This document shows positions 28,437-41,862 of a DNA stretch of 64,000 bases, piece after piece; within the stretch, counting starts at the first letter, position 1, and every line of letters starts with the position of its first letter. This DNA is from Bugula neritina. Lineage: Eukaryota; Animalia; Bryozoa. The notes beneath the pieces were generated by a model that did no database searches, had not been told where the DNA came from, and was given only the letters and a program-made list of their open reading frames with translations. The translations under genes were made by a program, and so were the position numbers. Where the stretch lies: contig OZ037765.1 in NCBI GenBank assembly GCA_964035545.1, forward strand, positions 6,210,698-6,274,697, given 5' to 3'.

Positions 28437-30245
28437 CTATTCCAATCGATCTAAATAGTTGTCCTGCCATTCTACAATGCCCACATCAGAATTAAAATAT
28501 CTGCAAAAATTGTCTCTCATATTGCTAGCACTTGTAGTAGGATTCCTAGAACCTTGCCGTGGTACTTGAGGTAAATTAAAATTTTCATTTCGCCACTGAC
28601 CATTATCCCTGTCTTCAGAATCCACAAATCCAGGTGGTGTGTAAAATGCAGGCTCTCGGGTTTTTACAATATTGTGTAGTAAGCACATTGTTTTCACCAT
28701 ACAAACTATGTTAGCAGGATCCCCTATTATGGGTCTTTGAAGGAGCCTCCATTTAGATGACAAAATACCAAAAGCATTCTCTATAGTTCTCCGAGCTCGA
28801 GACAGTCTATAATTATAAACGCGTTTTTCCCTAGATAGCTCTCGCCCTGGAAAAGGTCTCATAATCCAGGTTTTTAATGGAAAAGCCTCATCAGCCACAA
28901 AACAGTAAGACAAGGGAGTTGGAAAGTCTTGAAGTGATTCATCATGGGGTAGCGAAATATGACCTGTAAATATACAGGCATAAATGATAAATTACATGTA
29001 AAAATATGATTACGTTTTGCATATTATTACATTTCAGTAGTACGATTTTCCAATTAAAGCCCTTGTTAATTTTAAAATGTGAAACGAAATAGAATTATTC
29101 ACCACGAAGCAAATCATTTCCAAAACTGGAGGCTTCAAATACTCCTGAATCACTCCAACGACCAGCTTGACCAACATCAATAAACGTGAATTTTAACTCG
29201 GAATCACAAATAGCCATCAGATTTATAGAGTTAAATTGCTTGTAGTTAAAAAATTCAGAGCCTTGATTTGGTGGGGCCTGAATTCTCACATGCTTTCCAT
29301 CCAAAGCGCCTGCAAACATAATACATTTCCACACCATCAAACAAGTACAATGCTTTCAATAAATATTTGATGATGTTGCTAAATGTTGAACTTAAAAAAA
29401 CACAAATAAATTAAATAAAAGCTATGATAACCACTGGTTAAATTGAATTTAACAAACTTATATTATAATAATGCTTATTAGGATGTAACTATTACCTAAG
29501 CAGTGTGGGAAATTCCATTTATCTGCAAAACCCTTGCTTATTTGTTTCCATTCACTAAGAGTACTAGGAGGTTTGAGGTATGTTGGAGACATCTCATCCC
29601 AGATAGCATGGCAAGTATCATAAACAATTTCTTGGACAGTGCTTCTTCCCAGCCGCCAATGATATCTTATAACAGAAAAAGAAGTGCCTTCTGCAAGATG
29701 ATGAAGGGTTATCGCAAGTCGCATTGCTGGTGGTATTGCCTTTCTCAAATGAGTGTCTTGTCTTCGTATCCTATAAGATAAGTTGAGTCAATGGTCATGG
29801 GACATGGGTAAATACATATTACGTATTAGTATTACTAAACTTAATCTTATACTTATATACTAATACTTATAGCTATACTAAAACTAAAAGTAACTAAAAT
29901 GAATATAATAAAATTAAAAATAGTTCATCATTATTAAATAACAAATGTGGTACTGGTATTGACTTACCTATGATCAATTTTGTCCAAAATATAGTCAAAG
30001 GTATACTTTGACATTCTAAAATAGTCATGGTGACAATACTCTGGATTAGTTCCATTTCTAAGATCATCAAATAAATTGTGGTAAGCACCTTTTTTAAATT
30101 TATGTCTGGATTGAATCAAAGGTAACTGCCAGATTCTAGCAGGCTTGGCATTTCTAATGTTCTGTTCATGCTGATGTTGGGAGTGAGCAGCTACTAGTAA
30201 CTGAAGTTGAAGTTGTATTAGCTCTAAAATCATGTTGTAGTTCAT
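28437..30245 (-). CDS. Harbinger (HARBI1-like, DDE_Tnp_4) transposase; exons 30245-29968, 29770-29496, 29309-29103, 28963-28437; 428 aa, uninterrupted
   Basis: YFRMSKYTF, RLAITLHHLAEG, WNFPHCLGALDGKH, FFNYKQFNSI, VADEAFPL, YNYRLSRARRTIENAFGILSSKWR and LLHN motifs. The D-D-E triad is intact and the 1287-nt spliced frame is open. Confidence 0.95.
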
Positions 30246-31289
30246 ATATGAAATTTATAACTCAGAAGTGTACTAGTATTAGTAGTAGTAGTAGCGAGCC
30301 CTTAAATTTTTTCATAATTTCTAACGCTGCACATAATATCAAACTACATTTCATTGGTCATTGCAGACGCGTTCATCGCTCGTAGTGTGACCAGCAAAAA
30401 GTAGGACGTGACGTTGAAGGCATGCGCAAGCAGCTCCAAAATGGCCGCCACAGTCGCGTTTCAACTGTAGTGTGTTATGGGCATAACTCTGAATATCAAT
30501 TTTAAGTTCTCAATGATATTGCAAATTGTCATTATGATTATTATTATTATTATAAATATCATTATGATTAATAATATTATTATGAATTATAATTCTATTT
30601 AATTTTACTGACTCTATAAGTATAACATTTTAATAATTATTATATTAATTATTAATTCAAACTCTCACTCTGACAGTGACTCTGATAAATTTAGTTTAGA
30701 TCAATAGAATTAGATGCTTATGCTTATACTTATAGTTATAGTTTAACTTTAAGTTATAGTTAAAGTTAGTTATAAATAATAAAATAATAAAATATAATTA
30801 TTCATTACGATTATCGTTACTTTCACTTTAACTTTAATTTTAATAAGACAAATGAGTATATTCATCATTATCATCATGATCTGTGATCAAGTTTAAAATT
30901 ATTCATAAAATTAAAATAAAATTCAATTTTAATTTATTATATTTATATTGATATTCATATCCACTTCTGACTTCCAGATATGACTATGAGATAATCATGA
31001 TGATGATGACGATTATACTTATAGACATGGTGACTGTAAATAGAATATATTTATTATTTAGTAATTTACAGTAATTAAAATTTAATATCAATGACATTAT
31101 AATTGTATTTATATTTTCAAAATAATTATATGCTTTGTTTTAAAAAAATCTTTTTTTCTTATGGATTTTGAAACATGCGTAAATAAGAAAATGAAATTAT
31201 GCCACGCGCTGTTTACTAATAGCCTGAGATGTACAGAGAAAAAGTGCGGATTAATAAAACGACAAACTCGGCATAGATTAGCAACATTA

Positions 31290-31433
31290 GGGCAGCTCCA
31301 AGTTGGGAGTGATTGGGTGCAGTAGTTTAGGATGTTTTGTGCTAAAAATTAAGGGTTCAAGTTGGGGCCCCCAAGTCCTAAAATCAAGAACCCCTAACTA
31401 CTACACTTAGTCACCCCCAACTCGGAGCTGCTT
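31290..31433. mobile_element. small palindromic MITE (Tourist/Harbinger-like)
   Basis: GGGCAGCTCCAAGTTGGGAGTGA ... TCACCCCCAACTCGGAGCTGC inverted ends with extended imperfect internal pairing; TA-rich flanks. Confidence 0.6.
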
Positions 31434-32837
31434 ATAAAACTATTCCATTTCAATATTCGATGTATTTATTTCAGTGAAATAAAACCACCGACATTGTATG
31501 ATAATGATTTCTGTTCAATGTTATGCAAGTTCAAGCACGCATGCGTTCAACATACCCGTACTGAAGATCTGCTATCGCAGTGTGAATCTCCAACAAAGTA
31601 AACGACCAAGTCACTAAATCAAAATGAAAATTAGTAATTTATCCAACCACAATGACTACGAGAACAATAAAATATATAATAATTACTTTTTTATTTTATG
31701 GTAGACATCAATCAAATTTTTTCACGTAATACTAAACAAATGCTTTAAAACTTATGATTGTGAATGTGATACTCATAGTCATACTCATACTCATAGTGAT
31801 AGTCATACTCATAGTAATAGTCATAGTCATACTGATAGTGATAGTGATACTCAGATTCATACTCATGAGTCATGACTGAGTCTGATGACATAATGATAAT
31901 GCGATAATGATAATCATTAACTTTAAGTGATAATCATAATGATTAGATTAGTCAAACTGTCAATCGCTCAATGAGTGAATGTCATAAGTCATACTGATAC
32001 ACTTTGAGTTTGACTTACACTTACAGTTACTCATACTGTTACCGTACAGTTACTGTTAGTGTTATAGTTACAAACACAGCCAGAATGATACTGGTAGTGA
32101 TACTGATAGCAGTTCACAACACATAAATTTGAAACATCGAATTTCAATCGACAGTTAAACTTAATGAGTTAATGTTGTACTCATAGTCATTATGATTACG
32201 ATCATCAGTAATCTAGTATTAGTATTACTATGTGTTATTGCATGTATTTTTTATTAATATTTATAGACTATAGTTAAACTTAATACTAAAATCTAATATC
32301 ATTATTTACTAATTAGCTAGTGTAACATTTGTACTTGCAGTTATAAACGCAAACTTTAACTTGTTGTAGTATGAAATAATACAAGAATAACGTTAACAAT
32401 GTTTCAGACTTTGTAGCTTAGTACTTTTTTTAAATTTAAATTTACCTCAGTAACTTATTTGTATCATGTCAAAATAATATGCATTAAATTTCTCATTTGC
32501 CCTTCAGCCATTATTATTGATTTTTCCATAGCCAAACATGAAAGTTAGTATTTTAAAAATTATGATATTTAACTTTTGTATAAAGCTGCTGCTTTTTTAC
32601 AATTTTGGTTTATTAGCTATAGTTTTGTTAATAATTTGTACATTATACAAATTAAGGCTGACATTTACTTGCAGATTTGTATTAAATCTTGGGTAGCATC
32701 TTATATTAAAATATTTAGTTTGACTTTTATTTATTAATTTATTTTTAGTTGTACTATATTCTCTGATAGAGCTACACACAGAGCTACACTAATTTACTCA
32801 TAAACTCTAACACTTCCTATCCTCGCCAAAAATCACA

Positions 32838-35800
32838 ATGGACTATCAGACTTTGCAGCTTCTTTCATCAGATGCAATTGATGCTCAAAACCTGAATAGA
32901 CCCTCGCCTTCTGTTCCTGCATTCTTAAAAAAGTTACGAAATCTGATTGATGACCCAAAAAATGAAAAGCTCATATCATGGGACGAGGTGATTTCCTTAC
33001 CATTTGTCAACATAATTACCATGCATACCTTTTCCTATCAAAATATTGCTTTTACCGAAATTTATTAAAATCTTGCAACCCTATTGTGCAAAAGTGTTGT
33101 GTTTTACTAGATTTCTATTGTAAATAAAATGCATAAGCTTATTAAGAGGCCCTTTCTTGGAGTAACTTTAGAGTATAATGTGTGCTTAATAATGTAATAA
33201 TGTAACCTATTACAGTTTGGATGTTAATTTCCATTGTATATACTCGGCTTTTCTATTTTAGATTATGTTGTAAATAAAATGTAAATATGTTGTATATTTT
33301 AACAGAGCGGCCTCAGCTTTCATTTGCATGATCAAACAGCATTTGCTAGAGAAATCCTTCCAAAATATTTCAAGCACAACAACCTGGCAAGCTTTGTCAG
33401 ACAGCTCAACATGTGTAAGTCTACTCAATGTTTGAATGCATATTTCAGTAGCTAGATGTTATATAATTCTTCATGTGTCTGCTAATAATGTTTAATCTAT
33501 AATTACAACCAGCTGTATGTTTATTGTTTATTAATATATTTTATACATTCAAGTTGTATTGCCATAAACCACATGCTTACATTTTTTTGTATACTAGAAA
33601 TAGACTGAATTATCTGATTTTCTGACTTTTAGATGGATTTAAAAAGATTACTGCCATTGATCAGGGAAGTTTGAATCCAAAAGATGGTATGGAGTTTGAG
33701 AATCCAGACTTCACCAGAGATGAACCTGAGCAGATGAAGTTTATAAAGAGAAAGGTTTGCATTAGTCATCAGAGTATTTGAATAATTCTGATGACATGTA
33801 ACTGAAAGATAATGTTCTGCCAAGTCATAAAATTTAACCTATGTTTTGAGATGCTAAGGTTAAGAGGTCATCAGTGTAAATAGGCTATACACTTTATAAG
33901 GTTAACATATTATTATATAAATATTATATAAATATATTCTATACTGATTCTACATAATTATAATAAATTGTACTGTTTTAATTGTTTGGGATTAGTAGTT
34001 AAATTCCATTCCCCCACCCCAACTGCTAAATATATTTTGCCGTGTTATTGAGTGTATCATAAAGAGAGAAGGTAGACCTCTATTCGCTTTATCTATCAAT
34101 TACTAACTTCTCACCTAACAAACTTTTCGGTCCAAGTCCCAAGACTTTTATATTGGCACTTTTTACTAATTTTATGGTCATGTAAAACTGTTACCATTAT
34201 TTTTTGCTACAGGCTTAAAAATGTATCACTAACTCCCATAAATCTTGTTTGGTGTCCTTTGTTTTTTAAGATCTCTTCTTTTCAACTATATGGCCATATT
34301 CATGCAATCTGGTTCATTTCAGATGAGTGTTGATGTTTACTGCTCTTACTCCTTCCTTGACTGTTTTATGCTAGACATAGCTCTTTTCCTTGCATCCATC
34401 TTAACATCTTCTCACTTGTATATGAACTCTGTATATTTACCTTTTACCTAATCATTGCTAGATAACTTCTCGGCATATTTATTGGAATTTGGTTGGAACA
34501 TTTGGTACAGCTCTCAATATATCTTGCTCCCACGAGTTCATCTTACATCTACCTTTGTGCTACTTTCACTTGTGGAAAACTATTTTGTTTTATGATTGCT
34601 TAAAAGTTTTGGTGTCTTTTCCTTGTGTAGGGCTCCTCTATACGTGAACGTCTTAGTGAGTATGGTGCCCTCCAGCCAGCTCAAGTGAATAGCGTCCTTG
34701 TTGATGTGAAAGACTTGAAAAGAGGATTACAAGGCATGAGTGCACAACTTCAAGTTGTAAAAGCAGAAAACGCTGCTTTGTGGACGCAAATGACTAAGCT
34801 GAGACAAAAACATGAGAAACAGCAAATTATTTTAAATAAGGTAGGTCGGCAGTACCTAATGCTTTCATGATTGTTGGGTGTGTGTGGTAGTTTAAAGCCC
34901 GTAATATTTTTATATACTTGCAAAGCATCCGTATCTGTTTTGTAGACCTGTGCATAACTGGCCTTACCTTATCTTAGCATCAGTTTTCGTAACTACAGTA
35001 ACTTTTTTGCGGTAGTTATTAAAATAAAAGCATTGTTTCATGTTGACAAAAGTAGAAATTTGTGTAGATTGTCTTAAAAATGCTAAGGGTTTATTTAGAT
35101 CTTAACAATTTTACAGAATCAATATGTCTTCAAATTTTTAATTAAATCTGAAAATAATCTTTCAACTAATGGTAAGAAACTTTTTAAACAATATAATATT
35201 CGTATTTTTACACATTTTACAGTTGATACAGTTCATGCTGACAATGGCAAATGTTCCACATAAAACAAAACGACATTTACCTATGCTTGAACTTGCACCA
35301 TCAAAGCAAATGAAATCATCTTATGAAGCAGAGCACAATTCTGATAGCTCACAGGTATGCTAAACAGCTAGCAGCTTTTTGTTCATTGAATTTACTTTCT
35401 ATTTTACTGCTTATTTTTCAAAATTTTATTTTGGGAATTTCGATAATAATTTGATTTTATTGACTTTGTAACGTAACAATGAGGTTTTTTTTTAAATTAG
35501 ACAATTTTGCAAATTTTGGGTAATAATAGAAAAGTCTTTAAAACAAATTATTTTTCACTGTTAATGCAATAGAATTGCAAACCTTTTGTTTCTCTAGCTA
35601 GGAGTGCTTTTGGGTTACGGACGTTTATTTACTTGATTCATTAAAATGAAGACAGCTTCCAATGAATTTTCAAAATAAAATTGAGTGAAACTTGCTGATA
35701 AGTTTTATAAGAAATTTGACTCTGAGAATAATATCCAGAATCTACACACTATGAATTTCACCCTTTTGTTGTTCAGTACAAGCACTGTCATGAATCTTGC

Positions 35801-38154
35801 ACAAGTTCACTGCCTCTTCATTCTAACTTTGCCTCATTTCAATTATTTGTTTGTCTTCTGTTTGCAGACCAACTCCTCGGGACTATCATCGTCAGGGAAT
35901 GCAGGAATCACCATCAAAGATATCACAGACGATGACAATACAGTGAGTAGTGCTTGCTACTACCCTAGGCTTAATAAAAGAATATTATGTTCAGTTATAT
36001 TCAATATGCTTATAATATCAACTTCTGTTCATACAAAACTATAAAATAATAAATGTCTGTACTTTTATGTCATTCCATGAGTTGTCTCTTGCCAAATTAA
36101 TGCAATTTAATTTTGGGATCATTATGACAGACTTTAGGATTTTTTTGTTTGAAATTCGTTTGACTTAAAGCTGTTACGATTTATTTAGTTACTTTTTTGC
36201 TATTTAATTTCTATTGTTCATCATTTGAGTAGTTTCTACTTGTGCCTTTTTGTGTTTTGTTTTATAAATTTTGAATACTTGATTCTTGCATAGCGTCTGG
36301 TATATTGTTAGTGAAGGGGTTCATCATGATAATTTTTATAGTTTGCATTAACTGGGCTGCGGTTTCATTCGATGCAACTGTTCCCAAATATTGAATGAAA
36401 AATCCATTTGTATGGTGCGAGACAATGTTACTGCGTTACTGTTGATTTCTCTATTTACTTCAGAGCATATTGGGTGGTAGTCAAGAGTTGGAACTACCGA
36501 GTACACTAGTTGGAGTGCAGTCCCCTCCACCCCCTGAATACACGAGCACAGTGCCGGTCAGCAATGCTGTCGTAGCAATGCCTTCAACAGCACCTACCAA
36601 TGACCCTAAATTATTCAAAACACAGTTCAGTGAAAGTGTAGAGGATGTGCAGTCAGATATAGATGTGCTCCGAGATCTCTTTACTAACAGTGATTCTCTT
36701 GGACTCACTCCGGACACTGTTAGCAGTGTGAGCATCATTATATATTCCAGTTTTGTTTACTCTCCTAAGTCACGGTTTGTGAGCATTTAAAAAAATGGAT
36801 GATATTATAGTGCCTTTTTAGCTTCTGTTGCTCATATTTTTAGGATTAAGTTGTACATCAGATCTTCTACATTTTCTTAACATGTTGAAATGTGAATTTA
36901 ATTGTTTATTTATTATAGTTGTTTGAAGGAGAAGCTGATTTTAGCCCATACTGGCTGCCTCCTACTGTAAGTGTTGATATTTTATTAGTGTTTCTGCCTT
37001 AATCCTTTGGGTAAATATATTATATGTGGTATTAACATGGAGTAGAAGTTGTGTTCACTTGGCAATTCATAGGGCATTAAGTAACTTGAAAAATCAACCA
37101 ATCATGACAAAAGCATTCAGCTGTTTGAACCACACTAAGGTTTTATGGATGCTCATGTTTCATCTCTCCATTCGACCACCTGCCCTACGTTTTTAAAAAT
37201 GTTCTTATAAGTTTCAGTTGTATGTAATGCATTTGAATAAAATCAAGTTGTTGCCTGTACTTATAGCACTGTCACTTCACAATATTATGTTTTAGGTTAA
37301 TTTAGATGAGCTTATTGACAACAGCGAGCCAGGGTCTGAGCTTTCTATACCAGATGCTCCGGCCAAAGGCTTGCCTATAGCAAACAGTGTTGCTATGTCT
37401 TCTGACCAGCAGAGTGAATTAGATGGGTTATTCCAGGAGTTTAACTCTGGAACCGGTAAGTTAACTATATTATTCTATTCTCTAGAGTCTAAACTGAATG
37501 GTTTTTGTTACCTTAGCTTTGTTTTCACATAAACTCCCATTGGTTGTGTACAATAATGCCCATCTACCTTATTAGAGGGACAGATGACTCTCGTTGAGTT
37601 TGTACAATGCCAATATACCCTCTTAGGGGGATGGATAATTCCTTTTGTAGATTTGATACTTTGCATTTCAATGATTTGTTGTATAAACACAACTGATTTA
37701 ATATGCTGATAGTTTTTAGGATAAGTGCCTTTTAGTTGGAAAGAGAATTGCAATGACCTGGTACAACTAAATTTGAATATCAAAATAATGACTCTAAGCT
37801 AAATTAACTTGCATGTAGAACTCTATTAAGTATGAGTAGTGTTATATCTGTAAGGGTACATATGAACAGTGCAAAATATAGGTTTAATAATGCTTTGATC
37901 TGAAACTCTCTAGTTGAATGGGAAAATCACCAACTAAACTTGGCGAGGCTTTGGCTATACATATTGTAACCCAGACACTGCCCTATCATACAATAAAAAT
38001 GTCACTAGATTTTCTCTCACTATAATATTCTTTCTTTATTTCAGACAATGCAATAAACGACCAAACGTTGAAGGAGTTTATGGCACAACCTTTGGTTAGT
38101 GATGGAGAAGATGATGCCGATAAACCAATAATCTCCAGTCATGACCTAGACTAA
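32838..38154 (+). CDS. HSF1: Heat shock transcription factor; exons 32838-32987, 33306-33414, 33633-33754, 34631-34840, 35223-35354, 35868-35942, 36464-36727, 36919-36966, 37296-37455, 38045-38154
   Basis: DNA-binding domain VPAFLKKL...LISW..SGLSF...[26 protein letters not shown]; [33 protein letters not shown]; HR-C-like [15 protein letters not shown]. All junctions are GT-AG and in phase. Confidence 0.94.
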
Positions 38155-39381
38155 GGGCCATACAATCTCAAGTTGGTTGAAAATGAGTGATTTGTGGGGA
38201 TATTTGTGCAGTGTGCTCTGTCGCGGTGTGTAATATGGAACTCAACAATTGAACTAGCTTACATTAATATCAGCTACAAGTGTACATAACAGTATATTAT
38301 GTTTGTGTGTTCTTTAAACTTTATTATCTTGTAAATAGTAAACTCAAGTTTTTATAATAGTTCTTCAATTTTGTATACCTGATTGTTTCAAGCCTGAGTA
38401 GTTTGAGAACATACGCTGTAAAGCAGGCTACAGAATTAACAAATGTTATTATATTTAACATTGCGAGTTTGTACTTCATTCAGTAATTTACCACTTGATT
38501 CTTATGGTGCGTTTATACCTTTGCTGAAAAAATTTCCGCGTTTCATTCAATTTAACTCATCTGAGTACCTCTTTATATAGCTTTACTGAAAATAGTTAAA
38601 ATCCTATTGATGCAGAAGCTCATTTTCTAATAGTGAGATATGATTTGATCGCTATTTGATTTCCTTTGAAAAATTGAAAAAGCATGGCCAATATAAGTAT
38701 AAACATGAAGCTTTTACTTGAATCGTTGAAGCTTTGTTTATAGTCAAATTATTTAACGTCATAATTGAATACCAAGTCAGAAATTTTGCAATGCAATGCA
38801 AATTTTAAACTCTGCCAAATAACTGGAAATGGTGAAGGTATAAACGCAACTTTAGTTTTGTAGAGTTGTAGTGTTCCTGCGATAATATTTGCTAAATTCA
38901 AATATTTTTGTATCTTTGAAGTTTTGCTATCACTTGCTATTTTGCTTTTTCATTTTTATCTTAAACCTAAACCAATGTATGTCTCTAATGCATCAAAATA
39001 TATCTGAAGAATCCACATAATTTTTGACAGAATTTTCTTGCATTATTTATATTAAAATTAAAGATCAAGTCACAAAATACAATAAAAAGAAAATTGTAAA
39101 AAGTACAACTACAAAAAATAAATTGAAACTATATTGAGCAAATTGATTAAGACTGAAAGATTATAATTTTTTGACATTATAGCAAGGCAAGCTGTAGACT
39201 GGGCATATAAAGATTCTACCCAAGTCCCTCTAGCTGGGTTATAAGCTGTGATACATTTTCAAAATACTTTTATAACTAAAATTGAGCAAATTGGTTTGTG
39301 AATTACATAAGATAATAAAAAGTAACATGAAGTCTGCTGAGAACAGGTTGCCCATACAAACTATAGAGTCTGCAGTTGCCT

Positions 39382-41862
39382 TTAGATGTGGTACTTGTGG
39401 TTAGCATATGGTGGCCTGTATGGCGCAGTAGACACACTCGCAGCAGATCTAGAATAAACATCACGATGGCGATTCCTACAATAAAAGCACCAAAATATGA
39501 TGTTAGGTCATGCTACTTTTTAGTAGTTATTTCTAATTACATGTCTTACCATTAAATGAGTAAAACTTGTTGGCTTAATAATTTGCAATATTAATTATTT
39601 ATAGGATATTATTAGTTTGCTTTTATTTAAACGCTTGGACAACAGCACCAATGCAATCTAAATAGAAACTGGGAAACCTCTTCGATATAAATAATTGCAT
39701 GACAATCAACAAATGAGCAGCAAGCAGCACTTGAATTACATAATTGACAATAATAATAGGGAGTCAATGACAATATTGCTTCATAGCAAGGAAAAGTGCA
39801 TGTTACCGTTCAGCCTGTCAATTAACATCAACCCTGATGAGTGGCAGGCATTTGCACGCTGAAAAACAATGTTGTAGGTGATTTTACCATATTTTAATAA
39901 AATAATAGGCACTAATTTCTACTAAACATGTTATCAGCTCGACTTTTCTATAAACATTGTGAGGACTGTTTGATGACCGGCTTTTTACACCCTTGCTTGT
40001 AACTGTATCCATATGCATATGTTTATGCTATATTGCACTATTCAATAGCTTTCAACATATAACATTTTTGTCTCATTTAATAGATTATAATCTAAGTTTA
40101 TTTTAGTTTTATCAACAAAAGGGCCGGTCATATTTCACCCATTGTGTTCCTAACTATAGAGTTATATTAAATGCACAAAAGCATTCAGCCAGACAGCAGA
40201 CTTAAATGTTTGACCAAGTTGCAAATTTTTGTCCTCGCAGTTCAGTGTAAACTGTTCAGTGGCAGTAGCAGTCTTAACTTACAGAATGTTTGCAGGTGTA
40301 GGTCTCTGACTAGCCTCAGCTTGGTTAATGCTTGGCTCTTGCTTTAATGTGTATCGCCATTTAGAGGTGACATCAGGTTTAAGGTATCTCATCGCATACC
40401 CAGTGTATGGCGTATCTGTGGATATATATCATACATAAATAATATATATGAGCTTGGAAGTCGTGTCACCTTGACTCAGTTGGTTGATAAACTCGTATGC
40501 ATAAGATGTTGTGTATAGCTGAATTAGACCCTGCTTTGATAGCATGTAAATATACTATCAACCATGATAAATTAAAGTTGCCCAATTGCTTCATATGGGT
40601 AGATAACTCCAATACATACGACACCTTACTAAAAGTGCACATACTTGCAGTTTCTGGGTGCTCAGTTAATTTTATGTTGAACCTTTCTGGGCATCGGTTA
40701 AGAAAGTTAGACCAGTCTTCTCTTGCTTTTCTAAAACAGATGGCAAATGGTCTGTGATACTTACTAAAATAATTTGTACAAAATTTAAATGTTTTTGAGA
40801 TAATTTTAAAAGTACTTTATATTTCAGAGGTGTACGTTTCAATTGAAGACTTATTATTTACAGTAGTTGTTGTTGTATAAATCATTAAAACAATGCTACA
40901 TCATCAAAATGGTTTATTTCGTTGAAAACATTATATGGAAAAAGTTAACACATACTTCAATTCTGTTGGGGTATATTGATATCGAATATCTCTCCCATCT
41001 TGACTGCCATAGAGTTCCTAAGCAAACAAGAACCAAGAAATATACCGATTGCATAGCATCGTAACATATACTAAGCAAATATACATAAAATTGTAGTCAT
41101 ATAAATTTAAATAAAAGCAAACATAACAAAAGACTAATAATGTCTGTGAAACATACTTGATTTCTTCCACGTAAGTAAGCAGGATCAACAGTCGTGGCTC
41201 TTTTAAAGTCCTCTGAAACAACATTGAAATGTAGTCATAAATATACTTCAAAACTTGTAAAACTGTAGACATCAATGATGATTGAATAATAACAGTTATG
41301 CAAGTTATTTCTTAGTGCTTAACAACATAAATGTTATTTTTCTATTATAAAAACTAAAGATTTTACTCTGTGTGTTATATAAAACAAAACTTCTGTTGTT
41401 TTTAAAAACGTCAAAAGAAATCTAATCCAAAACTACAATTCTAGTGCAGCCATTAAATAATAGCTCAACTTCTTTACTATTATAGCAAAATTGTACAGGA
41501 ATGCCATTAATATCCTTTTTATAACTCTTTTATGAAGCTAGCTATTCACAATCAGTAATGACTTATTACAGTACATTTCTTATGTAAGTATAATTAATGA
41601 AGCTAGTATAAGACTTACTGAATTCTGTTGCAGGCAAAGTTAGCTCTTCTGGTAATGATGTTCTGCAATGCTCATCAGGTAGTTTCTGCAACACCCTGTC
41701 CCGGTCAAGTTGTCTTATTGTTGGCAGTCTAGGATGGTAAATTCCTTCTTTTACCGAGACTAGCTGAACTCTCCTTCCAACAGGAATTCGATATGAATAA
41801 GCTGGCACAAAAACATCTTTAGGGTTGTCATGCCGATAAGTTGCAACGCCAATAGTAGTCAT
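39382..41862 (-). CDS. TEPP: TEPP/SPMIP8-like axonemal microtubule inner protein; about 6 coding exons (41862-41619, ~41212-41154, ~41006-40955, ~40731-40645, 40415-40283, ~39475-39382)
   Basis: VKEGIYHPRLPTIRQLDRDRVLQKLPDEHCRT and GYAMRYLKPDVTSKWRYTL match motifs I recall from TEPP (LYHPALPTLRHMDRD..LPDEHC; GYAVRYLKPDVT). Exons join in phase. Confidence 0.78.

Larger units (their letters stand above)
25930..30483 (+). mobile_element. autonomous PIF/Harbinger DNA transposon, 4554 bp
   Basis: TAA TSD (25927-25929, 30484-30486); imperfect TIRs sharing CACACTACAGT..AAACG; two convergent spliced genes (MADF/Myb-like and DDE transposase). Confidence 0.95.
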
